From: Saprolegnia diclina VS20
Taxonomy: Eukaryota
Length of the DNA: 32,223 bases
NCBI RefSeq assembly: GCF_000281045.1
Contig: NW_008246068.1
Coordinates: forward strand, 1,393,110 to 1,425,332
Direction: 5' to 3'
In this document: positions 8,275 to 17,249 of the stretch, one piece after another
How the letters are laid out: the number at the start of each line of letters is the position of its first letter
Numbering within the stretch: the stretch's first letter is position 1
Program-made: the position numbers and the translations under genes
Notes under the pieces: model-generated
The model's input: the letters and a program-made list of their open reading frames with translations, nothing else
Told to the model about the DNA's origin: nothing
The model's database searches: none

Positions 8275-11200
8275 TTAGCGCCGCCGTTCTTGGTACGGCG
8301 TCTTCATTGGCGTCTTGAAGGGCGTCATGGGCGTCGGCTCGGCGAGGCCGGCGTAGTGCTTGGGGTTGATCGTGACACTCTTGGTCGTGTTGTTGGTCTT
8401 GTAGATACCGACGAGACGGTCCGCGAGCTCAAACATGTTGTTGCGCAGACTGATGATGATGAACTGCGCGTTCTTGGTGCGCTGCTTGATGTAGTTGCCG
8501 ACGATCGACACGTTCTTGAAGTCGAGGGCTGCGTCAATCTCGTCCATGACGTACAATGGCGTCGGCTTGTAGTGGTGCAGCGCAAACACGAGCGCGAGCG
8601 ATGCGAGCGTCTTTTCGCCGCCCGAGAGATTCGAAATGTTCTTCCAGCTCTTCTTCGAAGGCCGGACGCTGAAGACGACACCCTCTGAGAACGGGTCGAG
8701 TGAGTCGACGAGCTCGAGCTCCGCGTCGCCGCCGAGCGTGATCATCTGGTACATCTCCTTGAGCTTGAGCGTGATCGCGCGGAAGCCGTCCATAAAGTCT
8801 TCGAGGCGCTTGCGCCGCAGCTCTTCGTACTCGCGGCGCTTGGCGTCGCGCGTGTCTGTCGCCGCGTGCAGCTCGTTGCTGCGTGCGATGTACTCTTTCT
8901 CCTTCTTCTTGTACTGCGCAATCGCGCCCATGTTGACGTTGGCCTTGAGCTCGTCGCGCTGCTGGATCAAGAATGCAAGCTCGTACTTGATCTCTTCCTT
9001 GGAGAAGCGAGAGAGCGCCGCCGCGTCGTAGACAGGCAAACCGTTGTGGCTTGCACCGTCGTCATCGGTCGCGTTCGGAGTTTCGTCGTCGGCCGGCGGA
9101 CCACAAATGAGCACAATGTCTTCTTCGTCTTTTTGAAATCTCGCGCGCAGTGACGTGAGCTGGACCGACCACGTCGCGACCTTCTTCTCGTTCTCTGACA
9201 TGACCACGAGGCACTCGTCGTAGCTGTTGAGCAAGTCGACTTCGCGCGACGCCATCTCGTCCACCGTCTTCTTGAGCGTATTAAACTCTTGGAGCTTGTC
9301 GTTCATGACGCTCGTGTGCTCTTCCATGAGCTGGCGCGCCGCCTCGTGGCGGTCCGAGACCGCCGCCGCCGAGTCTTCAATCTCCTTGGCTTCCGCGCGG
9401 AGCGCCTCGAGCCGCGCTTTCGTGGCGTCGATGTCGGCAGCGAGCTTGGCTTGGGTCGCCACCGACCGCTCCAGGTTCTTCTTGCCCGTCTTGAGGTCCA
9501 CGCGGCGCTTGGTCAGCTCTTTCGTCTTGGCGTCGATCTCCTTGCGCGTCGCCTCGACCTTCTTGTGCTGCTTCTTGAGTTTCTCGCCGCCGAGGTTCAG
9601 AATTGCACTCTTCATCTGCTTGACTTCGGCCTCCATCGCGTCGACTTCATCCTTGTGGCTGTCGTACTCAGCCTCTTTTGCCGCGACCTCCTTCTCCAGC
9701 GCCTTGATGCGCTTCGTCTCTTCCGGCGAGAGGTGCACGAGCTTCTCGAGCTCTTTGATGCGCGCCGCCATCGTCGCCTTGCGCTGCTTGGACGCATCAA
9801 TCTCCATCGAAAGCTTGGGCAGCGTGTGCGTGTGCGACTTGATCGTAGCCTCGAGCGACCGCAGCTCGCCCTCCAAGCTTGACCGGTTGCTGCGAATACT
9901 GTAGAGTGTGGCTTTGAAACTCTCGGCCTCGCGCTGCAGCGCCTGCATCTCTTCCGGGGACACGGCCGGCGCTGCGAGCTGGCTCGACATGCCGCCGCGG
10001 CGCACGTTTCTGCCACCACCCGACATGGCGCCCGACGTCTCAATGAGCCCGCCCTGCAGCGTCACGACGCGGTAGCGCGGGCCACTGTAGGCAACCTGCT
10101 TCGCTTCCTCCAACGTGGGCGCCACGAGTGTGTCCTTGATCGCAAAGTAAAACGCCACGCGGTGCGCCTCGTCGTTGACGCGGATAAGATCAAAGAGCCG
10201 CGGGTACGGCGTGTTGGGCGGCGGCCCGTGGGCTCGGGCCCGGAAGTTCTGGATCTTCTCGAGAATAATACACGTGACGCGTCCGAGGTTGTGCTTGCGG
10301 AGGTACTGGACGACCTTCTGCGCCCCAGCGGTGGTGTGCACGACCACGTTGTCGAGGCCGCCGCACGCAGTCGAAATCGCCACGTCGTACTGCGCGTCGA
10401 TCGCGCCGAGGTCGCCGAGACGCCCCACAAGACCAGCGTCGGCCAAAGGGCCACCCGACCGTGCTGCATCCATGAGTTTCGTCATCATTTGGTTGCGCGA
10501 GGTTTGGTTCTGCGCCGTCTGGGCCGCCTCGTCGGCCCGGGCGCGGGCGTTCTGGTACTGGGCGTTCGCCGAACGTTCTTGGGTCTCGGCTTCGCGGAGG
10601 TCGGCCCGCGCATCTGTGACGCGGGTTGTCATCTCGACGAGCTCCGTCTCCATGGTCTGCACTTGGTTTGCGAGCTCGATGTTCTTCTTGTCGGCGTCCT
10701 TGATGGCCGCCTTGTTCTTGGTAATGTCTTCTTGGGCCTTCTCCATGTTTTGGCGGATGAGCGAGATCTCCGTCTTGCGCGTGTCGATCGTCGACTGGAT
10801 CTTGAGCAAATTTTGCTGGTACGGGGCGAGCGCGTTCTGCTTCTCTTCGAGGCCCACACGCATGCGCGCGGCCTCGCCCTTGTGGCTCTCGAGGATCTCG
10901 TCCAAGACCGCCTCTTCCTTCTCGAGCGCCGCCTCGCCCGCCGAGATCGCGACTTCGACGTCCGGAATCGCGGCTTCGTGCTCGGCCATGGTCTCCACGA
11001 GCGCATCGTGCTTCTCGACCTCCTTGGTGTGGGCGGCCGCGAGCTCCTTCGCCTGCTTCTTGGAGAACTTGAGGTCCTCGCGCACCTTGACATCGCGCTT
11101 TTCAAACTCGGCAAACTCGGCTTCGACCGTGTCAAGGTCGTTCTTGACCTTCTGGAAGGCGTCGTCGACGACCTTGTACTCCTTCGAGACGACGTCGAGC

Positions 11201-12309
11201 TTGGCGCGGTGCGTGGCCATGCGCTCCGACTCCTTCTCGAGCTTCTCCTTGAGCTTGTCGCGCTTGAGCGTGCACTCTTCGAGGTTGGCAGTTGACTCGC
11301 GCAGGTAGAGCTGGTATAAAATATTTGACTTGAGGTACACATCGCGCTCCTTCTCGAGGTACTCTTGGGCTTCCGTCTTGGCATCTTCGAGGTTCTCCTT
11401 CTCCTTCTCGACGACGCGGACGCGGTTGAGCTTCTCAAGGCGCGCTTCGTTGAGCGCGTCAACCTCCTTCATGACGTCTTCCGTCTTGGCAACGTATTGG
11501 TTGGAGCCGATAATGTCTTCGAGGTACTCGAGAAGGCCTTCGTCGTGCTGGTTCTCGGCTTTGCTCTTCATCATTGCGATTTGCTCGACCTCGCCCTGGA
11601 GAATCAAGAATCGGTTGTTGTCGAGGTCGATACCACGCTCGCGGAGAAGCGACGTGACTTCGGTAAAGTTGGAGAGCTGCCCGTCAATGTAGTACTTAGA
11701 CTGGTTCTGGCTGTTGGCCGTGCGTGACACGACGAGCTGCGAGTTGGGCACGACGGTATAGTCATCGTCGCCGTCGCCCGTGTCGATAATGTCCTGGAAG
11801 AAGACCGAGACGCGCGCTTCCTTGAGGTTCTGGAAGAGACTGCTCTTGTGGATGAGCTCCGAGACCTTGGAGAGACGCAGCTTCTTCGCGCGCTTCCCAA
11901 AGACAAAGAGGAGCGCGTCGATCACGTTGCTCTTTCCGCTGCCGTTGGGCCCGACGACCGAGCTAAAGCACTTGTGGAACGGGCCGATCTCGCGCACGCC
12001 AGCGTACGACTTGAAGTTTTCGACCTCAAGCTTTGTGATCATGAGCCGCGGCCCCGCGGGCACGGCCACCTTGCTTTTCGACGGTGTAAAGTAGCTCGGC
12101 GTCTCGGGCACCATGGACGGCCGCGCCGTCTTCTTGGCCGGCGTCTGCATCGGGGTCGTGAGGCCCTGGCTCGCCGCGTCGCTCGGAGCGATCGCGGGCT
12201 CGGGGCGCGCCGGCGACGCAGGCGCCATAGGAGCGTCTACCTCCGTGCTCGAAGCATCTTCGTCGACCTCGTCCATCGTGCTGATGTCTTCCATGTCCAC
12301 GTCGGCCAT
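8275..12309 (-). CDS. SMC4: Condensin subunit SMC4, intronless, 1344 aa
   Basis: ENFKSYAG..IGPFHKCFSSVVGPNGSGKSNVIDALLFVFG (Walker A), RFLILQGEVEQIAMMK, hinge GRLGDLGAIDAQYDVAISTAC, signature LSGGEKTLASLALVFALHHYKPTPLYVMDEIDAALD. Confidence 0.97.
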   Translation of the reverse strand: MADVDMEDISTMDEVDEDASSTEVDAPMAPASPARPEPAIAPSDAASQGLTTPMQTPAKKTARPSMVPETPSYFTPSKSKVAVPAGPRLMITKLEVENFKSYAGVREIGPFHKCFSSVVGPNGSGKSNVIDALLFVFGKRAKKLRLSKVSELIHKSSLFQNLKEARVSVFFQDIIDTGDGDDDYTVVPNSQLVVSRTANSQNQSKYYIDGQLSNFTEVTSLLRERGIDLDNNRFLILQGEVEQIAMMKSKAENQHDEGLLEYLEDIIGSNQYVAKTEDVMKEVDALNEARLEKLNRVRVVEKEKENLEDAKTEAQEYLEKERDVYLKSNILYQLYLRESTANLEECTLKRDKLKEKLEKESERMATHRAKLDVVSKEYKVVDDAFQKVKNDLDTVEAEFAEFEKRDVKVREDLKFSKKQAKELAAAHTKEVEKHDALVETMAEHEAAIPDVEVAISAGEAALEKEEAVLDEILESHKGEAARMRVGLEEKQNALAPYQQNLLKIQSTIDTRKTEISLIRQNMEKAQEDITKNKAAIKDADKKNIELANQVQTMETELVEMTTRVTDARADLREAETQERSANAQYQNARARADEAAQTAQNQTSRNQMMTKLMDAARSGGPLADAGLVGRLGDLGAIDAQYDVAISTACGGLDNVVVHTTAGAQKVVQYLRKHNLGRVTCIILEKIQNFRARAHGPPPNTPYPRLFDLIRVNDEAHRVAFYFAIKDTLVAPTLEEAKQVAYSGPRYRVVTLQGGLIETSGAMSGGGRNVRRGGMSSQLAAPAVSPEEMQALQREAESFKATLYSIRSNRSSLEGELRSLEATIKSHTHTLPKLSMEIDASKQRKATMAARIKELEKLVHLSPEETKRIKALEKEVAAKEAEYDSHKDEVDAMEAEVKQMKSAILNLGGEKLKKQHKKVEATRKEIDAKTKELTKRRVDLKTGKKNLERSVATQAKLAADIDATKARLEALRAEAKEIEDSAAAVSDRHEAARQLMEEHTSVMNDKLQEFNTLKKTVDEMASREVDLLNSYDECLVVMSENEKKVATWSVQLTSLRARFQKDEEDIVLICGPPADDETPNATDDDGASHNGLPVYDAAALSRFSKEEIKYELAFLIQQRDELKANVNMGAIAQYKKKEKEYIARSNELHAATDTRDAKRREYEELRRKRLEDFMDGFRAITLKLKEMYQMITLGGDAELELVDSLDPFSEGVVFSVRPSKKSWKNISNLSGGEKTLASLALVFALHHYKPTPLYVMDEIDAALDFKNVSIVGNYIKQRTKNAQFIIISLRNNMFELADRLVGIYKTNNTTKSVTINPKHYAGLAEPTPMTPFKTPMKTPYQERRR

Positions 12310-12637
12310 CGTACTGCGCTTGCCGCTGCGGTTCTTGGCCGTTTGAATTCCCCCGCTGGAGGATTCAAATTCGAGCCCTCGTTACAGACACTTGGAGACC
12401 TTTTTACAAGAACACATAGAAAACCTGTCAAATGAAATCGCCACATGGTATGCGTTTTGGGAGGTCAATGGGCACGAACCACTCAATTGCAGGATATTAT
12501 TTTTGAGTCTGATGTCGGGCCTTGGCATAAAATCCATTTGTTGTTTGTATCCAAGAGGTCGAATATTAAAAAACGCGCCATTAAAAAGACGTGATTTTGA
12601 GCTATTTTATTCCGCGCCAGCCCATTATCTTATTGAG

Positions 12638-13452
12638 ATGAGCCGCTTCGTGAGCTTTGAGAAGGACGCGACGTCCAAGGCCGCGGCCGCGGTCCGCGCG
12701 CAGGTCGCCGCCGATGGCATGGACGAGAAGCTCGTCGGCCTCCTCGAGGCCTACCTGGACGAGCAGATCGCTGGCAACGTCGTCGACGAGGAAGCCAACC
12801 TCATGCTCCTCAAGCTCTACACCATCTACCCGGTCAAGCCCGAGCAGCACCAGACGCGTGTCGCCCAGGTGCTCGCCAAGGGCCTCATGGCGTTGCCGTC
12901 CAAGTACTTCCTTGGCGCCACGTACATGGTCTCGGAGGCGCTGCGCAAGGTCCGTTCCGCACCGCGACCATGGTCGCTAACGCGCATTAGGACGCCACCA
13001 TTGCCGACTTGCTCAAGGCCGGCGACGTTTTGCAGTCGTGCTTGTTCACGGTGCGCCTCGCTTCCTGTCCTGTTGGCCAACATCGTCTCATGTGTCGCCT
13101 GCAGGATTTCTGGCAGCTCAACTTGCCGTTCGCCAAGAAGATTCCTGGCTTCGAGCAGGCCGTGCGCGCGTTCATTTTGTCGACGATTGCCAAGAGCCAC
13201 GAAGTGGTCGCCAAGGCGTTTGTGCAGGCCCAGTTGAACTTGTCAGAAAAGGAAGTCGCTGCGCTCGTCGCGGGTACGTCGTCGTCGTTGTCTGCCCTTC
13301 CTCATCCGCTTCTTCTAGAGCTCGGCTGGACGACCGAGGATGCGTCGTATGTCGTGACGCCCAACTCGGAGAACACGATGCGCCCCAAGAAGTTCAAGGA
13401 GGACATTGAGTTTGCCGACATTCTGGACACGATCCAGGTGCTTTCCCGCTAA
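12638..13452 (+). CDS. EIF3K: Eukaryotic translation initiation factor 3 subunit K
   Basis: LEAYLDEQ..DEEANLMLLKLY..LAKGLMALP..LQSCLFT|DFW..IPGFEQAVRAFI..KFKEDIEF. Introns 12950-12990, 13051-13104 and 13274-13318 preserve the frame. Confidence 0.9.
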
Positions 13453-13862
13453 ATTAGATATACGTAAGCAGTCTCGACAACACGAGTGCCACGTCATATT
13501 GCACTTCGTCTCCCTTGCCCATGTCGCTGCTGAGTGCATCCCACGTATGAGACGCCCTGCCGCGCCAAAACTACCGCGGCAACATCTTCCTGCCGCCCAT
13601 GCGATCCAGTTACGACAGAGCGCCTCCGTGGACGATGGTGCTCCGATGTTTACCGTGCAAGGCCTGCGGCCGCCGTTTCTGATGCCCGTGCAAAATCTCG
13701 CGAAGGGCGAGTTGGGGTTGCGGGCACACACCGGTCGCACCCGAGGACTTGGCGACGTCAGGCATCACCCTCTTTGCACGCCAAGTGCCCAAATACAGCT
13801 ATTAGCAAGAAGCGAGACGGTGGATTCTTCTTTATACATATGTACACCAATGCAAGAGCCAC

Positions 13863-15632
13863 CTAATGCGTCTTGGGCGGCAACCTCGGATGCGTGCTCA
13901 CCGACGTCTTGCTCAATGACGGCGCGACCGTGCTCTTGGTCGAGTGCTTGAGCCACTTGTGCCAAAACCGGTGGTTGGTCTCGGAGCTGGTCGCGCCAGA
14001 ATGCTGCTTGGCCGCCTTGAGCTTGGCGGCCTTGAGTTGCTTGGCACGCGTATGGTTGTACTTCATGATCGAGAACTTGAAGACGGACGCATACTCGTCT
14101 TTCGAGAGCGTTTGCACATGCTTCCCAACCGCGTGGTAGTAAATCGAGAGGAGGCCCATGAAGAGGAGGAGCGCGATGGCCGCGACGCCGTCGTCGCCCT
14201 GGAAGCCGCCGACGATCGAGAGCGCCATCAAGCCGTACACAAACGCGGCAAAGTACGCGCCGAGAATGCCATATGGACTTTTGTAGCCGTCCGGCGGAGT
14301 CTTGTACGTGGTGCGGAGCTTGACAAAGCCGATAAGCTGCGCGACATAGCAAAACGTGGCCGACAAGATGAAGATGTTTTGCGTCGACGCTTGGAAGGAC
14401 GGGCTCAAGTGCCCCAGCGTGCAGAGGAGGTACCCAAACATGGACGACGCAACCATCGGCCAGAGCGTCGAAGCTCGATTTTTGAGTTTGAGACAGGCCG
14501 GGAGTAAATTCGAGTTGGCAAGCGCCATTGTGAGCTGCGCGTACGGGAGGAAGAAGCCGGCAGCCATGCCCATTTGCGCCGGCAAGATGAGCCACTGGCC
14601 GACCGTCTCGGACGCGCCGAGGCCAAGCGCGAAGCCGTAGTTGAGCGGAAACTCGGCGCTAATGAGCTCGTTCATGCCCGGAGGGAGCGACGGGACGATA
14701 AAGATAAGTGCAATGTTGGAGATGAAGAGCGTCCACGTAGCCGCGACCATACCTCGTGGCATCGCGCGCTTGGGGTTCGCGACCATGCTCGTGACGAGCG
14801 TGAGGCACTCGACGCCGGCATACGCCCACGACGTGTACGGCATCCACGCAAAGAACGCCGAACTCAGAGTGCCCGAGGCCCAGATCGCACTCGACGAGGT
14901 CGCGTTATTACTGCCGTCGGTGCTATTGTCGTAGAGCGCACCGTAGACGCGCAGGTTGGCGCGCCCGAGGTTCGGGAGCACAAAGAGCACGCTCGGCAAG
15001 AGGCACGAGAGCGCAAAGACGACCATGAAGCGCCACATGTACTTGCCGCGGAGGTGCAAAATCCCGATAAAAACAACGTAAAAGACGAACCATAAGACCG
15101 GTTTGTAGCTATTGGGCAGGTCCCATGCCGTTGTGAGAAAGTCGGCAACGTAGCTTACCGAGACGGCCGCCGACGCAATGTACGCCAAGAGCTCAAGAAA
15201 TCCGACGATGAAGCCTGCGTAAAAGCCGAGCGTGATGCGCGTGAGCCCATACGAGCCGCCAGAGAAGGCGAGTTTGCCGGAGATCTCGGCTGCTGACGAA
15301 ATGTAAATGACGTACGCGACGCCCGTCATCACCTGGGAGATCGCGAACGGCACAAACCCAGTCTCGAATGCTGCGTTCCAGCCGTAGAGCTGGCCGCCCA
15401 TGACGCAGACAACACCGAGCGCCCAGATATGGATCGTACCCGCGCGGTCTTCTTCGTGAATGACGCCTTCGACGTTCTCTTCGACGCGGCAGCCGGATGG
15501 GTGGCCACTCTCGGATGGCGGCTTGCCCTCGGACGGCGGCTTGGTCTTGGGCTTTGCCTTGGCCGTCACATGGATCACGTTGGGCGCATTCGCACGCGTC
15601 GCCGGGAGGATGTTGCTAACCTTCGGGAACAT
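13863..15632 (-). CDS. APC-superfamily amino acid/amine permease (ethanolamine-permease-like), about 12 TM
   Basis: IHIWALGVVCVMGGQLYGWNAAF (TM1), AEISGKLAFSGGSYG, WAYAGVECL..NPKRAMPRG, YKSPYGILGA and multiple hydrophobic segments. Start assumed at MFPK (15632); an upstream in-frame ATG is possible. Confidence 0.88.
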   Translation of the reverse strand: MFPKVSNILPATRANAPNVIHVTAKAKPKTKPPSEGKPPSESGHPSGCRVEENVEGVIHEEDRAGTIHIWALGVVCVMGGQLYGWNAAFETGFVPFAISQVMTGVAYVIYISSAAEISGKLAFSGGSYGLTRITLGFYAGFIVGFLELLAYIASAAVSVSYVADFLTTAWDLPNSYKPVLWFVFYVVFIGILHLRGKYMWRFMVVFALSCLLPSVLFVLPNLGRANLRVYGALYDNSTDGSNNATSSSAIWASGTLSSAFFAWMPYTSWAYAGVECLTLVTSMVANPKRAMPRGMVAATWTLFISNIALIFIVPSLPPGMNELISAEFPLNYGFALGLGASETVGQWLILPAQMGMAAGFFLPYAQLTMALANSNLLPACLKLKNRASTLWPMVASSMFGYLLCTLGHLSPSFQASTQNIFILSATFCYVAQLIGFVKLRTTYKTPPDGYKSPYGILGAYFAAFVYGLMALSIVGGFQGDDGVAAIALLLFMGLLSIYYHAVGKHVQTLSKDEYASVFKFSIMKYNHTRAKQLKAAKLKAAKQHSGATSSETNHRFWHKWLKHSTKSTVAPSLSKTSVSTHPRLPPKTH

Positions 15633-15804
15633 ATCCTTCGGCTCTTGGTACTGAAGATGACCCGAGATTGGGAATAGCGCCACCGAGAATAGGTGCATAA
15701 CGCCGCTCAAAATGGCGCGCCTTTTTCATGACGAAACGACAAGCATCGATTGTGACAGGATGCGTATCTATGCGTTTACAGAGGTTTTCACAGGAAAGGG
15801 CAAT

Positions 15805-17196
15805 ATGAGCATGCTCTGCAGCTTCGTGGACGTGCAGGGCGACCTCTACTACTGCCCGCTCGCCGAGTTTAGCTCGGCGTATGCGACACCCCGCCTCGAG
15901 GGCGCGCTTGTCGTCGCCGAGCCCATCTCGGGCGCGACGCCACTGCGCAACGCTAGGGCCGTCGCTGGCAAGATCGTGCTCATGCAGCGGGGCACGTGTG
16001 ACTTTGTGACCAAGACGCTGCACGCCCAGAACGCGGGTGCCATTGGCCTCATTGTAGCCAACACAGACGAGGAGAACCCGCAGCTGGCCTTTGTCATGGA
16101 CGCCGGCCTCCAGCGTGCGGCCCTCCGGTCGCGCATTCCGGCGGTCATGGCACCCTTCGAGACGGCGCAGTACCTCTTGGATCTGCTTGGCGATTCGGAC
16201 GCAATGAGCCTGCGTATTGCCATCGTGCTATTAAGCGCCGCCGAGGCCTCGACGGTCCTTGACGCACAGGCATCCGAAAAGCGGCGGCAGCTCGCCGAGG
16301 CTGAAGCGCTCCTCAAGCAGCAAGACCGCGAGCGCCAGCAGCGTGAGGCCACGCTATTACTGCGCAGTCGGCTCGCCAAAGAAGCGAGTATGACCAAGTT
16401 TGTGTCGCCCGAGCCATCGACAATGCCGGCACTGCTGTGCGAGGCGGTGCCCCTGCCATCCGCGGTCGCAGTGGCGGTCGGGACGCCGCACCTCGACACG
16501 AAATGCATTTCGCCACGCGCAGCACCGCGCTTTGACACCAAACCCGACGCGATGACGGCAGCGTCGTCCCTCGGGCTCCTCGTCCTCGACATGCAGTACT
16601 ACTGCGCCATGCCACACGTGGGCAAGTTTGCCAACCAGGAGAGTTTAAACGCGTATTACTTTGACCGGCTGCGAAAGGTCGTCGTGCCCAACGTCCAGCG
16701 CCTTCTCGGAGCCTTCCGGGATCGCAACTACGACATCCTCTACGGCACGATCGAGAGCGCCACCAAAACCGGCCGCGATAGAAGCAAGGCGCACAAGATC
16801 GCGGGCATTCACGTGCCCCGGGGCAGCTTCGAGGCCAAGGTGCTCGACGACGTTGCGCCGCTCGAAGCCGACGTGGTCGTGCCCCGCACGGCGGTCAGGT
16901 AAATCGACGTCCTCGGACTGTGTGCTATACGCAGTGATAGCATTTTTGGCGCGACCAACGTCGACTACCTCTTGCGGAACCTCGGCGTCCAGTGCGTCGT
17001 TGTCACGGGCGTCTCGACGCTCGGGAGCCTCGAAGCTGCGGTGCGCGGCGCCATGGACCGCGGGTATAGCACCATCGTCCTCGAAGACGCGATCGCGTTC
17101 GAGACAAGCGACGAACACGACGCCATCATGCGCGCGATGGACCGCATGGGCGCTGGCTACATGGCGTCGACGTCCGAGTTCGTTGACAGCTTGTAA
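15805..17196 (+). CDS. PA (protease-associated) domain + coiled coil + isochorismatase-like cysteine-hydrolase-fold fusion
   Basis: PA: AGKIVLMQRGTCDFVTKTLHAQNAGAIGLIVAN..IPAVM. Hydrolase: LLVLDMQ..NVQRLLGAFR..GRDRS..VVVPRTAV|SIFGATNVDYLLRNLGVQCVVVTGVST..AVRGAMDRGY..VLEDA. Intron 16899-16940. Start ATG uncertain (15712, 15760 or 15805). Confidence 0.85.
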
Positions 17197-17249
17197 TTAC
17201 ATAGCAGTTGCAACGGTTTGCGTAACGGTAGTGGGATTGCGACCGCAGG

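Noticed and set aside
9227..11308. Several 200-377 aa plus-strand ORFs opposite SMC4
   Set aside because: Ser- or Leu-rich mirror translations of a Lys/Glu coiled-coil gene, not independent genes.
12392..12637. N-terminal extensions in the ORF track (eIF3k from 12392; similarly UTP15 from 6443, GT60 from 27975, kinesin from 21602)
   Set aside because: They run through AT-richer promoter-like DNA, some from non-ATG starts. Family similarity begins at the downstream ATGs.
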